Shown here: one piece after another, positions 1 to 9,860 of the stretch
Numbering within the stretch: position 1 is the first letter of the stretch
How the letters are laid out: every line of letters begins with the position of its first letter
Position numbers and translations under genes: made by a program
Assembly: GCA_002167745.1 (NCBI GenBank)
Contig: NHCB01000006.1
Coordinates: 49,402-113,401, forward strand
From: Betaproteobacteria bacterium TMED22
GTDB lineage: Bacteria; Pseudomonadota; Gammaproteobacteria; Burkholderiales; Eutrophovitaceae
Length of the DNA stretch: 64,000 nucleotides
Reading direction: 5' to 3'
The notes under the pieces: model-generated
What the model saw: only the letters and a program-made list of their open reading frames with translations
What the model was told of the DNA's origin: nothing
The model's database searches: none

Positions 1-190
1 CTACCCATGACATTGTAGATCCTAATGCCAAGCCTAAAATAAACACTAAAAATAACAAGACCGCGAGAGGTAAATTAAACTCGTAAACATTAGCGAATCG
101 CAACGTCACCATTTCAAAGTTGTACACTGCGAAGACCAAAATCACAGCAAACAGTACTAACTTGAATAATCCAGATACAAATCTAATCAT
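1..190 (-). CDS. lapA: LapA-family (DUF1049/YciS-like) inner membrane protein, N-terminal part only; gene runs off the window start
   Basis: Not in the ORF track because it is truncated. The minus strand from ATG at 188-190 translates MIRFVSGLFKLVLFAVILVFAVYNFEMVTLRFANVYEFNLPLAVLLFLVFILGLALGSTMSWV, giving two hydrophobic helices. Its position just downstream of ihfB fits the common rpsA-ihfB-lapA order. Confidence 0.6.
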   Translation of the reverse strand, partial: MIRFVSGLFKLVLFAVILVFAVYNFEMVTLRFANVYEFNLPLAVLLFLVFILGLALGSTMSWV

Positions 191-230
191 GTTCAGCCTT
201 CTGACCGATAAAGAACTTAGGGATATTCAT

Positions 231-260
231 AAAAAAAGCGATCGAAAAAATTCGATCGCT
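231..260 (-). terminator. Rho-independent terminator after ihfB
   Basis: The minus strand reads AGCGATCGAA-TTTT-TTCGATCGCT, a perfect 10-bp stem, followed by a T7 run. It lies about 40 nt downstream of the ihfB stop. Confidence 0.7.
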
Positions 261-298
261 CTGAATAATCCCCCTCAATCAAATTAATATCAACCCCA

Positions 299-604
299 TC
301 AAAAATCTTGATTCATCATCTGAGAGACCGAATTCACTCGATCTTTCAATTCCTTACCCGGTTTAAAGTGTGGCACGTACTTAGCTGGTACCGCAACCTG
401 CTCACCACTTTTAGGATTCCTGCCGTTACGCGGTGGCCGGTAATTAAGAGCGAAGCTACCGAAACCTCTAATTTCAGCCCTGTGACCTTTTTCTAGGTTT
501 GATCGTATTGCCTCGAGTACCAACGCAACAGAATAAGAGACGTCCTCCTCTTTTAGCGCTGGCAATCTGTTTGCTAGTTTTGTAATCAACTCAGATTTCG
601 TCAT
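299..604 (-). CDS. ihfB: Integration host factor subunit beta
   Basis: 101 aa. MTKSELI...[10 protein letters not shown]...[23 protein letters not shown] is the typical HU/IHF fold signature. It sits directly downstream of rpsA. Confidence 0.95.
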   Translation of the reverse strand: MTKSELITKLANRLPALKEEDVSYSVALVLEAIRSNLEKGHRAEIRGFGSFALNYRPPRNGRNPKSGEQVAVPAKYVPHFKPGKELKDRVNSVSQMMNQDF

Positions 605-646
605 GACCGTCTATGACCTCTTTCAATTCATTCAGGAATAGTTTTT

Positions 647-2350
647 TTAGTTATTTTCCATTTTAGCTTTAAGCAACGCACCCAAGTTTGTAGTGCCGGC
701 ATTTTGTCCGTCGCTATCTTCTGAATGTTTCTTTATTGCTGCCGCTTCTTCGGCAGCGTCTTTAGCCTTAATTGATAAATTAACCATCCGAGTCTTGCGA
801 TCGACCGAACTGATCATTGCTTGAACCGTTTGCCCTTCAGAGAATGAGTCAGCTGAAACACCCTTATCTCCAGAAAGATCACTCGTCTTAATGAACCCTT
901 CGACGTTATCACCAAGATTAATCAGAACGCCTTTCGCATCAACTGCTTTAACGGTACCATCCACTATCGATCCTTTTTCAAACCTTACCGTCACATTTCC
1001 AAGCGGATCATCCTCCAGTTGTTTCACTCCAAGTGATATACGTTCTCGCTCTACATCTATCAATAAAATAACAGCCTCTACCTCATCGCCCTTCTTATAG
1101 TTTCTGACTGCATCCTCCCCTGCATCGGTCCATGACAGATCAGACGTATGCACGAGTCCGTCAATACCACCTGGAAGTCCGATGAAAATACCAAAGTCTG
1201 TAATGGACTTGATTGCGCCCTTGACGCGATCACCTTTTGCTGCGCTGGCAGCAAACTCATCCCAAGGATTAGGCGTGCATTGCTTCATGCCCAGAGAAAT
1301 ACGCCGACGGTCCTCATCAATCTCTAAGATCATGATTTGCACTTCATCACCTAGCTGAACCATTTTCGATGGATGAACATTCTTGTTGGTCCAATCCATT
1401 TCTGAGACATGGACCAAACCTTCGATGCCCGGCTCAATTTCAACGAATGCACCATAATCAGTTAGATTAGAAATCTTACCGAACAATCGGGTCGTTGCAG
1501 GCAATCTTCTTGCTAATCCAATCCAAGGATCTTCACCCAACTGCTTCAAACCGAGGGAAACACGACTTTTTTCTTGGTCAAACTTCAGTACTTTCGCCTC
1601 TAGTTCGTCACCAATATTAACAACCTCGGAAGGATGCTTCACTCTACGCCAAGCCAGATCAGTGATGTGCAGTAGACCGTCAATGCCGCCTAAGTCCACA
1701 AAGGCACCATAGTCAGTAATGTTTTTAACGATTCCTTTCACTACTGCGCCCTCTTCCAGGCTGTCTAATACTTTCTGGCGCTCTTCTCCCAAACTGACCT
1801 CGAGTACAGCACGCCTTGAGACCACTACATTATTTCTACGTCTATCGAGTTTAATCACTTTAAACTCTAGCGTTTTATCCTCATACGGAGTTGTATCTTT
1901 TACCGGTCGAACGTCGACTAATGAGCCCGGCAAGAAAGCTCGGATACTGTCCAGGTTGACCGTTAGCCCCCCTTTTACACGACCGGATACGAAACCTTCA
2001 ACAATCGCACCCTCCTCCATCGCCTTTTCGAGACTCATCCACGCGGCCAACTTCTTGGCTTTTTCTCGCGATAACTTAGTTTCCCCATATCCATCCTCGA
2101 TGGATTCAATTGCCACTGAGACATAATCGCCAACTTGCGCCTCAAGCTCCCCTTTGTCGTCCTTGAATTCATCAAGCGCTATATAACTCTCGGACTTTAA
2201 GCCCGCATTCACGACTACGAAATTATGGTCGATGCGCGTCACTTCAGCTGTAATCACTTCGCCTGCACGCATTTCTTGGCGCTGCAAGCTCTCTTCGAAC
2301 ATTGCTGCAAAACTTTCGGTTATTGGGTTTTCTATATCAGTGGTTGTCAT
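647..2350 (-). CDS. rpsA: 30S ribosomal protein S1
   Basis: 567 aa with six repeated S1 motifs (G..V.G.V..I..fGaFV.l..g.dGLlHiS). The [12 protein letters not shown]-terminus is typical. Confidence 0.97.
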   Translation of the reverse strand: MTTTDIENPITESFAAMFEESLQRQEMRAGEVITAEVTRIDHNFVVVNAGLKSESYIALDEFKDDKGELEAQVGDYVSVAIESIEDGYGETKLSREKAKKLAAWMSLEKAMEEGAIVEGFVSGRVKGGLTVNLDSIRAFLPGSLVDVRPVKDTTPYEDKTLEFKVIKLDRRRNNVVVSRRAVLEVSLGEERQKVLDSLEEGAVVKGIVKNITDYGAFVDLGGIDGLLHITDLAWRRVKHPSEVVNIGDELEAKVLKFDQEKSRVSLGLKQLGEDPWIGLARRLPATTRLFGKISNLTDYGAFVEIEPGIEGLVHVSEMDWTNKNVHPSKMVQLGDEVQIMILEIDEDRRRISLGMKQCTPNPWDEFAASAAKGDRVKGAIKSITDFGIFIGLPGGIDGLVHTSDLSWTDAGEDAVRNYKKGDEVEAVILLIDVERERISLGVKQLEDDPLGNVTVRFEKGSIVDGTVKAVDAKGVLINLGDNVEGFIKTSDLSGDKGVSADSFSEGQTVQAMISSVDRKTRMVNLSIKAKDAAEEAAAIKKHSEDSDGQNAGTTNLGALLKAKMENN

Positions 2351-2407
2351 AGGATAAATTTCTTGGAGAACGTTAACTTAGTGCGTTAGATTCTCACGAT
2401 TAAGGTT

Positions 2408-2430
2408 AAAAAAAACCGCAGTTTACGCGG
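2408..2430 (-). terminator. Weak hairpin plus T8 run between the aroA-cmk fusion and rpsA (possible terminator or attenuator)
   Basis: The minus strand reads CCGC-GTAAACT-GCGG followed by TTTTTTTT. The stem is only 4-5 bp, so this is tentative. Confidence 0.35.
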
Positions 2431-2452
2431 ATCCGATAGCGTTATTTTCGAC

Positions 2453-4420
2453 TCATCTACTAGTCAAAACTGTAAATGCGTTGCAAACAATTTGAACGAC
2501 TTCATCAATACTTTTTCCAGTACTATCAATCTCAATTGCAGACTCAGCTTGCCTCATTGGAGATGAACTTCTAGAAGCGTCTTCCGAATCTCTTTTAGCC
2601 ATTTCCGCGGCAACACTCTTCATTTTAACACGCTCACCGCTTTCTACCAACTGTGCGTAACGCCTGCGGGCCCTCTCCTCCAATGAAGCCGTCAGATAGA
2701 TTTTTAACTGAGCATTTGGGAATACTGTGGTGCCCATATCCCTACCATCTGCGACTAATCCTGGCGCATGACGAACACTTCGTTGAATGTCATACATGCA
2801 CCCCCTTATGACCTCATTTTTAGCCACCTTACTTGCTGCCATAGAGACCTCTTCTTCTCTTATTCGCTGAGTGACATCTTCGCCATTCATCAGAACCTTT
2901 TCGCCAGAAACATCAATCCTAATCTTTTGCATCAGTGCCTCAACCGAGCGTGGGTCAGTAAGATTAATACTTCCTCCCGCATTTAAGTAAAATAGGCCCA
3001 CAGCTCGATACAATGCGCCGCTGTCAAGGTAAGAAAATTCGAGTCGCTCCGCGACTTGCCTTGCCACAGTACCCTTGCCTGAACCACTTGGTCCGTCAAT
3101 TGTTACAACTGGTGCTTGCAGCACTGATTCCATTTTCTCGAAAAAGTCCGGAAACGTTTTATGGACGCATTGAGGATCATTAATTGTAATATTTACACCT
3201 GCAAAAGAAATTAACGTAAAACACATAGCCATACGATGATCGTCATAGGTGTCGATAGCGACACCTTCATTAAAATACTTTGGTGGCTCAATCTCCAGAC
3301 CATCAGGACTTTCAATCACATTCACCCCAAGCTTTCGCATCTCCGTGGTCATCGCAAAGAGACGGTCGGTCTCTTTTACACGCCAGTTTCCGATATTCCT
3401 CAAACGACATGGGCCATCCGCAAATAATGCAATGATTGCCAACGTCATCGCCGCATCTGGAATATGATTAAGATCTAAATCAAAAGCCTGAATAGGACTA
3501 TTATTATCCATCGCTACTGATAATCCTTGGTCTGTCCAACCAACTGTCGCACCGATACCAGACAGCACATCCAGTAATTGGATATCTCCTTGAATGCTAT
3601 CTCTGATGACATTCTTTACGAGAACCGGACCACCACCGAGCATCCCAGCCGCAAAAAAATACGAAGCACTACTGGCATCCCCCTCTACCTCATACCTCTT
3701 TGGTCCTGAGTAGTACTGCCCTCCCTCAATTTCAAATTGCTCCCAATTGTCATTCGTCACTTTAATACCAAAAGAATCCATCAGATTTAACGTCAACTGG
3801 ACATATGGTTTGGACACCAAAACCCCATTAATTTTTACAGTAACTCTTTGGCCTGCAAGAGGTAGCGCTAATAACAACCCCGTCAAAAATTGACTCGAGA
3901 TATTGCCATTAACAACAATTGGTTGTGAGAAGTCCAGCTTCTCACTTTTTTTAATACGCAAAGGCAAAAAAGTTTTTCGGTCCTCGTAATGAATAACAGC
4001 ACCAATACCCAGCAACGCTTCGACTAGGTCTCCGATTGGTCGCTCATGCATCCGTGGAACACCGCGTATCGTATATTCGCCGCTTCCTAGGGCTAAAACT
4101 GGAACTAAAGTCCGCACCGCTGTACCAGCATTACCTAAAAAAATATCTGCCTTGATCCTGGGAAATGCGCCAGAACAACCAGAAACACGCGTGATATCTC
4201 CCGCAATATCAATATCCACACCTAATGCTCGAAGCGCGTCAATCATGACATTCGTATCATCCGAGTGGAGCAGACCCTTAAGTTCTGTTTGTCCAATTGA
4301 TAATGCCGCTAGGAGTAACGCACGATTTGAAATACTTTTTGACCCCGGAACTGATAATTTTCCTCCCGCTCCGAAGGGTGCATTTAGGACGATCGAATGA
4401 TCGTCTCGAGAAACAATCAT
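2453..4420 (-). CDS. aroA: Bifunctional 3-phosphoshikimate 1-carboxyvinyltransferase (EPSP synthase) / cytidylate kinase fusion
   Basis: A single 655-aa ORF. The N-terminal ~430 aa is AroA-like (LPGSKSISNRALLLAAL, LGNAGTAVR, DHRMAM). The C-terminal ~220 aa is Cmk-like (VVTIDGPSGSGKGT P-loop, YLDSGALYRA). The junction ...EKMESVLQ|APVVTIDG lies near nt 3116 and has no stop or frameshift. Confidence 0.9.
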   Translation of the reverse strand: MIVSRDDHSIVLNAPFGAGGKLSVPGSKSISNRALLLAALSIGQTELKGLLHSDDTNVMIDALRALGVDIDIAGDITRVSGCSGAFPRIKADIFLGNAGTAVRTLVPVLALGSGEYTIRGVPRMHERPIGDLVEALLGIGAVIHYEDRKTFLPLRIKKSEKLDFSQPIVVNGNISSQFLTGLLLALPLAGQRVTVKINGVLVSKPYVQLTLNLMDSFGIKVTNDNWEQFEIEGGQYYSGPKRYEVEGDASSASYFFAAGMLGGGPVLVKNVIRDSIQGDIQLLDVLSGIGATVGWTDQGLSVAMDNNSPIQAFDLDLNHIPDAAMTLAIIALFADGPCRLRNIGNWRVKETDRLFAMTTEMRKLGVNVIESPDGLEIEPPKYFNEGVAIDTYDDHRMAMCFTLISFAGVNITINDPQCVHKTFPDFFEKMESVLQAPVVTIDGPSGSGKGTVARQVAERLEFSYLDSGALYRAVGLFYLNAGGSINLTDPRSVEALMQKIRIDVSGEKVLMNGEDVTQRIREEEVSMAASKVAKNEVIRGCMYDIQRSVRHAPGLVADGRDMGTTVFPNAQLKIYLTASLEERARRRYAQLVESGERVKMKSVAAEMAKRDSEDASRSSSPMRQAESAIEIDSTGKSIDEVVQIVCNAFTVLTSR

Positions 4421-5292
4421 TGATTCGACGCCCAGTTATTTCGCGCTACGGCCGCAGCATCAAATATTCTCTGAACTGCTTCATAATCTTCTGACTGCAA
4501 TAATTCTCGAATTTTTTCTAAGCTCAGAATAAATGACTCGACATCATGAAGAATGGGGCTACGGTTAGCCCGACAGATATCCACCCACATTTCAGGAGAG
4601 CTGCCCGCAATACGTGAGAAATCACGAAACCCACCTGCGGCAAAATCGAATAATTCCTCTGCATCGTCTCGCCGATTCATCATTTCAACCAGCGCGTATG
4701 AAACGACATGAGGAAGATGACTAACCGCAGAGAAAATTTTATCGTGCTTCGACTCAGACATCTTGCTCACAGAAGCTCCGCACGCTTGCCAAAGTCTTTG
4801 AACCAAATCAATAGCAGTATCGGTAGTCCTATCTAAAGGACATAGCACCACATTTTTCGCTTCAAATAAGTTTGGATCAGCAGCCTGAGGTCCAATTTGT
4901 TCGGAACCAGCTATCGGATGTCCAGGCACTACAAAACCTGCACGCTCGGGCATTATTCTTTCGACCAGTTTTCTGAAGTCGCCCTTTGTGCTACCAACGT
5001 CAGTTATAACAAATTCAGCATTTGGACTTAACTTTATTTCTTTCAAAATCGTTTCCACTTGCTTAACTGGAACGGCTACTACAACCACGCTCGCGCTTTC
5101 GATACCGTGTTGAATATCCATTGCAACTTCATCAATCAAACCATGATGATGAGCATACGTTAGATTTTTTAGTCCCCGGCCTACTCCAACAACTCTGCCA
5201 ACCGCTCCTTCGCGCTTCAAACGAGCAGCAATCGATCCGCCAATTAAACCCACTCCTATAACCGTGAGTTGATCTATGTAGAATTTATCCAT
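4417..5292 (-). CDS. tyrA: Prephenate dehydrogenase
   Basis: 291 aa with a Rossmann motif VIGVGLIGGSIA and the HP.AG motif. Its stop overlaps the aroA start by ATGA. It lies within the aromatic amino-acid cluster. Confidence 0.85.
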   Translation of the reverse strand: MDKFYIDQLTVIGVGLIGGSIAARLKREGAVGRVVGVGRGLKNLTYAHHHGLIDEVAMDIQHGIESASVVVVAVPVKQVETILKEIKLSPNAEFVITDVGSTKGDFRKLVERIMPERAGFVVPGHPIAGSEQIGPQAADPNLFEAKNVVLCPLDRTTDTAIDLVQRLWQACGASVSKMSESKHDKIFSAVSHLPHVVSYALVEMMNRRDDAEELFDFAAGGFRDFSRIAGSSPEMWVDICRANRSPILHDVESFILSLEKIRELLQSEDYEAVQRIFDAAAVARNNWASNQ

Positions 5293-5302
5293 AAAGACTT
5301 CG

Positions 5303-6415
5303 TCAATCAGCTAAACTATTTATGAGACTCTCAAGAGCGACACAGAGTCGTTCATTCTCGCTTTCAAGACCAACACTGACCCGCAGATGATAGGGCAACC
5401 CATATCCACCAAGTGGCCGAACGATAATCCCGCGCTCTAATAATTTTGTGTATACCTCGATACCTGCTTGTTTGAATTCAATCGTTAGAAAATTACCGTG
5501 AGAAGGAATATAAGCAAGCTCAAGTTTCTCTGCTACCGAAACAAGTTGTCGCATTCCAATATTATTAGCCTGAACAGAAGCTCGCACAAACGCATCATCT
5601 GACAGCGCCGCGGCAGCTGCTGCTAAGCCATAACTATTTACGTTAAACGGCTGGCGCACACGATTTAACACTTCAGCAAGACTTGGATTGGCCATGCCAT
5701 AACCAACTCTAAACGAAGCTAATCCGTAAATTTTAGAAAATGTACGCGTGACTAAAAGATTAGGAAACCTCTTAATCCAATTCACACTGTCAGATTGAAG
5801 GTTCTCAGGTAGATACTCGTAATAAGCCTCATCAAGGATAACCAAAATATGCTCAGGCACGCTCTCAATAAATCTTAAAATTTCGGTAGGCGGAATAAAA
5901 GTACCGGTCGGATTATTTGGATTCGAGATAAAAATAATACGAGTATCGTCTCTAATCGCATCGTACATACGTTCAAGGTCATGGCCATAGCTCATCGAGC
6001 GGACCTCAATGCCCTCCGCAGCTCTAGTTTGGGTGGCGAGTTTATTAACGACAAAGCAAAACTCCGAATAAATCGCAGACCGATCATGATCTAGGAAAGC
6101 GATTGCAGCCATTTCTAAAATATCGTTCGATCCGTTACCCAAAATCAAACTATCCAATGGAATACCTAACTTACTGCTAAGTCGATTTTTCAGAATGTAT
6201 CCGCCACCGTCGGGATACCGAGCGACCTCGCTCAACTCCCTACTCACCTCCTGAGCAACCAACTCACTACAACCTAACGGATTCTCGTTAGAAGCTAACT
6301 TCACAATGGTCTCGGGATCAAGTGAAAGCTCTCGAGCGAGCTCTTCGATTGGTTTACCTGGTTGGTAGGACGCGATGTTCTGAACGCAATCTAGAGGTGT
6401 TGGAAACCTTGACAT
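5303..6415 (-). CDS. hisC: Histidinol-phosphate / aromatic aminotransferase (class II PLP enzyme)
   Basis: 370 aa with LASNENPLG, the DEAY motif and TFSKIYGLA (PLP lysine). It occupies the conserved pheA-hisC-tyrA position. Confidence 0.85.
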   Translation of the reverse strand: MSRFPTPLDCVQNIASYQPGKPIEELARELSLDPETIVKLASNENPLGCSELVAQEVSRELSEVARYPDGGGYILKNRLSSKLGIPLDSLILGNGSNDILEMAAIAFLDHDRSAIYSEFCFVVNKLATQTRAAEGIEVRSMSYGHDLERMYDAIRDDTRIIFISNPNNPTGTFIPPTEILRFIESVPEHILVILDEAYYEYLPENLQSDSVNWIKRFPNLLVTRTFSKIYGLASFRVGYGMANPSLAEVLNRVRQPFNVNSYGLAAAAAALSDDAFVRASVQANNIGMRQLVSVAEKLELAYIPSHGNFLTIEFKQAGIEVYTKLLERGIIVRPLGGYGLPYHLRVSVGLESENERLCVALESLINSLAD

Positions 6416-6440
6416 AAAAATTAGAAATGCAAATCAATAT

Positions 6441-7505
6441 TTAAATGGTCTTAGGATAAGACCCAAGAATCTTGAAAAACCCTGACTTCATCTGGACTTC
6501 TGCTAGTGCAGCCTTCATAACCTCATCGTCTTGGTGTCCCTCTAAATCGATAAAGAACATATATTCCCAAAGACCAACGCCGGAGGGCCTGGACTCAAGA
6601 CGGGTCATACTGATGCCGCTCTTGGCAAAAGGCTCCAGCACGTTAAGAATCGCACCAGGTTTATGCTGCGCCGCCAAGACAATAGATGTCTTGTCAATCC
6701 CCGAGGCTCCAACTGCCGACTTGGATATCACACCGAAACGTGTTGTATTGTCTGGCTTGTCTTCAATTGAAGAATGAAGAACAGACAAGCCATAGTGATG
6801 TCCGGCAATTTGACTGGCAATCGCAGCTGAACGCTCTTCAGAAGCAACCATTTTAGCTGCGGTCGCGTTACTCGCTACAGGTATTAGCTGCGCAAATGGA
6901 AAATTGTCTCCGAGCCATCTTTGACATTGCGACAAACTCTGAGAGTGCGAAAATATTTTCTCTATATCTTGTGGCTTTTCATTACTGAGTAAGCTGTGTC
7001 GCACTGGCAATCCCACCTCGCCAGACAGCGTGAGGGATGCCTCAAAGAGCAAGTCTAAGGTTCGACTAATTGCACCCTCCGTTGAGTTTTCGAGGGGTAC
7101 GACTCCATACGCAGCAGTACCTGAGCCAACTGACTTAAATACCTCATCGATAGTGTGGCAGTAGACGATGCATACCTGTGAGCCAAATTGTCTTACGACC
7201 GCCTCCTCACTGAAGGTCCCAGCTGGGCCTAAACAGGCAATACTCAGCAGTTCCTCTTGTGCACGACAAGAGGAGATAATTTCCGTGAACAGGTAGGACA
7301 CTGTGTCATTCGACAAAGGTCCATTATTTGTTTCATGCAGTCGACGATGGACTTGAGCTTCCCGCTCTGGGCGATATATAACCCCTTGCTTTTTAGCCTC
7401 TCCGACTTGTCTAGCGAATTCCGCGCGCCGATTAAGCAGGTCTAGCAATGAATCATCGATAGCATCGATCTGTAGCCTTAGATCTGAAATGTCGTCGTTC
7501 ATCAA
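6441..7505 (-). CDS. pheA: Bifunctional chorismate mutase / prephenate dehydratase (P-protein)
   Basis: 354 aa. It has an N-terminal CM helix (LRLQIDAIDDSLLDLLNRRA), a PDT domain (TRF motif) and a C-terminal ACT domain (ESRPS). Confidence 0.9.
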   Translation of the reverse strand: MMNDDISDLRLQIDAIDDSLLDLLNRRAEFARQVGEAKKQGVIYRPEREAQVHRRLHETNNGPLSNDTVSYLFTEIISSCRAQEELLSIACLGPAGTFSEEAVVRQFGSQVCIVYCHTIDEVFKSVGSGTAAYGVVPLENSTEGAISRTLDLLFEASLTLSGEVGLPVRHSLLSNEKPQDIEKIFSHSQSLSQCQRWLGDNFPFAQLIPVASNATAAKMVASEERSAAIASQIAGHHYGLSVLHSSIEDKPDNTTRFGVISKSAVGASGIDKTSIVLAAQHKPGAILNVLEPFAKSGISMTRLESRPSGVGLWEYMFFIDLEGHQDDEVMKAALAEVQMKSGFFKILGSYPKTI

Positions 7506-7511
7506 TCCTCT

Positions 7512-8696
7512 CTATGCTCCATTTAAGTAACGGACGCGCTTTACGCCCTCGATATTCCTGATGGTGTTGAGTACATCATCTCGGACAGAGTCATCGACGT
7601 CAACCAAGGTGATCGCAATCTCATTCAAAGATTTGTTAATCATATTGTGAATATTTAGCTTCGCATCACCAAGCACTGTTGAAACCTGACTTACCATGTG
7701 TGGCACGTTCTCATTAATTACAACGATTCTATATGGTGACTCACGAGCCATTAAAACGTTGGGGAAATTGACCGCATTAACCACGTTTCCATGCTCTAGA
7801 TAGCCACGAATTTGATCAACCACCATGGTTGCACAGTTTTCCTCAGCTTCAACCGTGGAGGCCCCTAAGTGAGGTAACGCGATGACGCCATCAACGCCAA
7901 TTAATGATTCATTAGGGAAGTCACAAATGTATTGCTTTATTTTTTTCGCCCTTAGTGCTGCAACCAGAGCGACGTTATCCACAACCGCTCCCCTTGAGAA
8001 GTTTAATAAAACGGTATCGGCACTCATTGATGCCAAACATTTGTCATCAACCAAATTTCTGGTGGCATCATTCAAGGGCACATGTAGAGATATGAAGTCC
8101 GAATCACGCACCAAACTATTTATGGATGCCGCCTTGACGACACCTGAGGGCAAACCCCATGCGGCGTCTACAGTGATTCCGGGATCGTAACCCACGACTC
8201 GCATACCAAGTCTCAAGGCAACATCAGCCACCAAACTCCCAATTTTACCCAATCCTATGATGCCTAGAGTTCGGCCTGGCAATTCACGCCCTGCATATGT
8301 TTTTTTACCTTGCTCAACATTTTTGGACAGTTGACCATCTAAAGTTAAGTTGCTAACAAAGTCTATGGCACCAACAAGGTTCCGGCTGGACAGCAACAAA
8401 CCCGACAGCACCAACTCTTTAACAGCATTGGCATTAGCTCCAGGTGTATTGAAAACGGGCACACCTAAACCCGCAAGTCGAGAGGTGTCAATGTTATTCG
8501 TACCCGCTCCAGCTCGGCCTACAGCCAACAAGTTCTTGGAGGGTTCAAGCTCCAATAAATTTGCGGATCGAACCAAAATCGCATGAGGGTCTTCGATTTC
8601 TGTCCCGTAAGCGTAAAGCTTTTCGGGAAATTGACTCAGTCCCGCGTGAGCAATATTGTTTAACGTCTTTATCCTATAACTCTTATCTGGCGACAT
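7512..8696 (-). CDS. serA: D-3-phosphoglycerate dehydrogenase-type 2-hydroxyacid dehydrogenase with C-terminal ACT domain
   Basis: NAD motif GIIGLGKIGSLVA, catalytic R/E/H context (LPHLGAST) and an ACT-like tail. I chose the ATG at 8694-8696 (MSPDKSYRIK) with GGAAG 5 nt upstream. The longer track ORF (to 8801) would overlap serC by 95 nt. Confidence 0.8.
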   Translation of the reverse strand: MSPDKSYRIKTLNNIAHAGLSQFPEKLYAYGTEIEDPHAILVRSANLLELEPSKNLLAVGRAGAGTNNIDTSRLAGLGVPVFNTPGANANAVKELVLSGLLLSSRNLVGAIDFVSNLTLDGQLSKNVEQGKKTYAGRELPGRTLGIIGLGKIGSLVADVALRLGMRVVGYDPGITVDAAWGLPSGVVKAASINSLVRDSDFISLHVPLNDATRNLVDDKCLASMSADTVLLNFSRGAVVDNVALVAALRAKKIKQYICDFPNESLIGVDGVIALPHLGASTVEAEENCATMVVDQIRGYLEHGNVVNAVNFPNVLMARESPYRIVVINENVPHMVSQVSTVLGDAKLNIHNMINKSLNEIAITLVDVDDSVRDDVLNTIRNIEGVKRVRYLNGA

Positions 8697-8706
8697 TACA
8701 TCTTCC

Positions 8707-9789
8707 TTAACCGTATTTTTTCTCAAAATGCTGCATGAAATCAAGTAGCGTCTCAACTCCCTCAATAGGCATCGCATTATAAATAGATGCGCGAATGCCA
8801 CCGACAGAACGATGTCCCTTTAGTTGTAACAAACCACAATCTTTCGCGTCCTTCAAAAATAAATCCTCGAGAGTTTCATCACGAATTCTAAATGGAATAT
8901 TCATACGAGACCGGCAATTTTTAGGGACTGGACTTCGATAAAATCCAGTTAAATCAATTTGGTCATAAATCATATTTGATTTCTTAATATTTTTCTGTTC
9001 GATTGAAGAGAGTCCACCCTGCTCTTCGAGCCACTTAAACACCAGTCCGGCGACATAAATGGCGTAGGTTGGAGGCGTATTGAACATGGACTGATTATCG
9101 GCCTGAACTGCATAGCTGAACATCGATGGCAAATCCGAAGAGACACGAGCTAATAGGTCTTTTCGAATGATAACGATTGTTAAACCAGCCGGACCAATAT
9201 TTTTTTGAGCACCCGCATAAATAAGACCAAATTGAGATACGTCAAGTGGGCGAGACAAAATGTGCGAAGACATATCAGCAACTAAGGGAGATGGCAAATT
9301 AGGCGGATAGTCATGAAACTCGACCCCACCAATCGTCTCATTTGAGGTGATATGGACGTAGCTAGAGTCTGAACGCAAGTCCCAAGAGTCATACGAAGGC
9401 ACGTCTGCAAAATTTCTGTCCTCCGACGTCGCCGCAACATGGATCGAACCAATTTTTTTACCCTCTTTGATGGCTTTTTTCGACCATTGGCCGGTACAAA
9501 TATAATCAGCCCCTCGAGCGTCGACGAGTAGGTTCATTGGTATGATGGAAAACTGAGTTGTGGCGCCCCCTTGCAAGAACAACACTTGGTACTCGTCGCT
9601 TAATCCAAGAAGTGAATTCAATGTTCGCTCTGCGTCTTCGGCTATACTCAGAAACTCTTTACTACGATGACTCATTTCCGTAACGGACATTCCCGATCCT
9701 GACCACTCAAGCATTTCCGCCTGAGCTTGCTCCAAAACCGCTCTCGGTAAAACGGCTGGACCAGCGCTAAAGTTATATATCGTACTCAC
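8707..9789 (-). CDS. serC: 3-phosphoserine / phosphohydroxythreonine aminotransferase
   Basis: IYNFSAGPAVLP N-terminus and a class V aminotransferase body. The likely start is the GTG at 9787-9789 (MSTIYNF) preceded by GAGG. The track ORF starts at a TTG at 9801. Confidence 0.92.
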   Translation of the reverse strand: MSTIYNFSAGPAVLPRAVLEQAQAEMLEWSGSGMSVTEMSHRSKEFLSIAEDAERTLNSLLGLSDEYQVLFLQGGATTQFSIIPMNLLVDARGADYICTGQWSKKAIKEGKKIGSIHVAATSEDRNFADVPSYDSWDLRSDSSYVHITSNETIGGVEFHDYPPNLPSPLVADMSSHILSRPLDVSQFGLIYAGAQKNIGPAGLTIVIIRKDLLARVSSDLPSMFSYAVQADNQSMFNTPPTYAIYVAGLVFKWLEEQGGLSSIEQKNIKKSNMIYDQIDLTGFYRSPVPKNCRSRMNIPFRIRDETLEDLFLKDAKDCGLLQLKGHRSVGGIRASIYNAMPIEGVETLLDFMQHFEKKYG

Positions 9790-9860
9790 ACCAAACCTCA
9801 AAAAGTAAATTTATCGTTAAGGGTAACGCCAGTAGACTCTGACGTTACATACATAAAAGC

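Noticed and set aside
891-2126. Antisense ORFs inside rpsA (891-1100 +, 1719-2126 +) and the out-of-frame same-strand ORF 1078-1260 (-). Similar nested ORFs occur inside aroA-cmk, gyrA, yhdP, alaS, recA, ribD and glyA.
   Set aside because: They are fully nested in strongly supported conserved genes. Their composition is low-complexity and Ser/Pro/Thr/Arg-rich, typical of shadow frames, and they carry no motifs.
8697-8801. N-terminal 35-codon extension of the serA-like ORF (MAFAHLFIMRCLL…)
   Set aside because: It would overlap the serC 3' end by 95 nt. The internal ATG at 8696 has a GGAAG RBS and yields a normal N-terminus.
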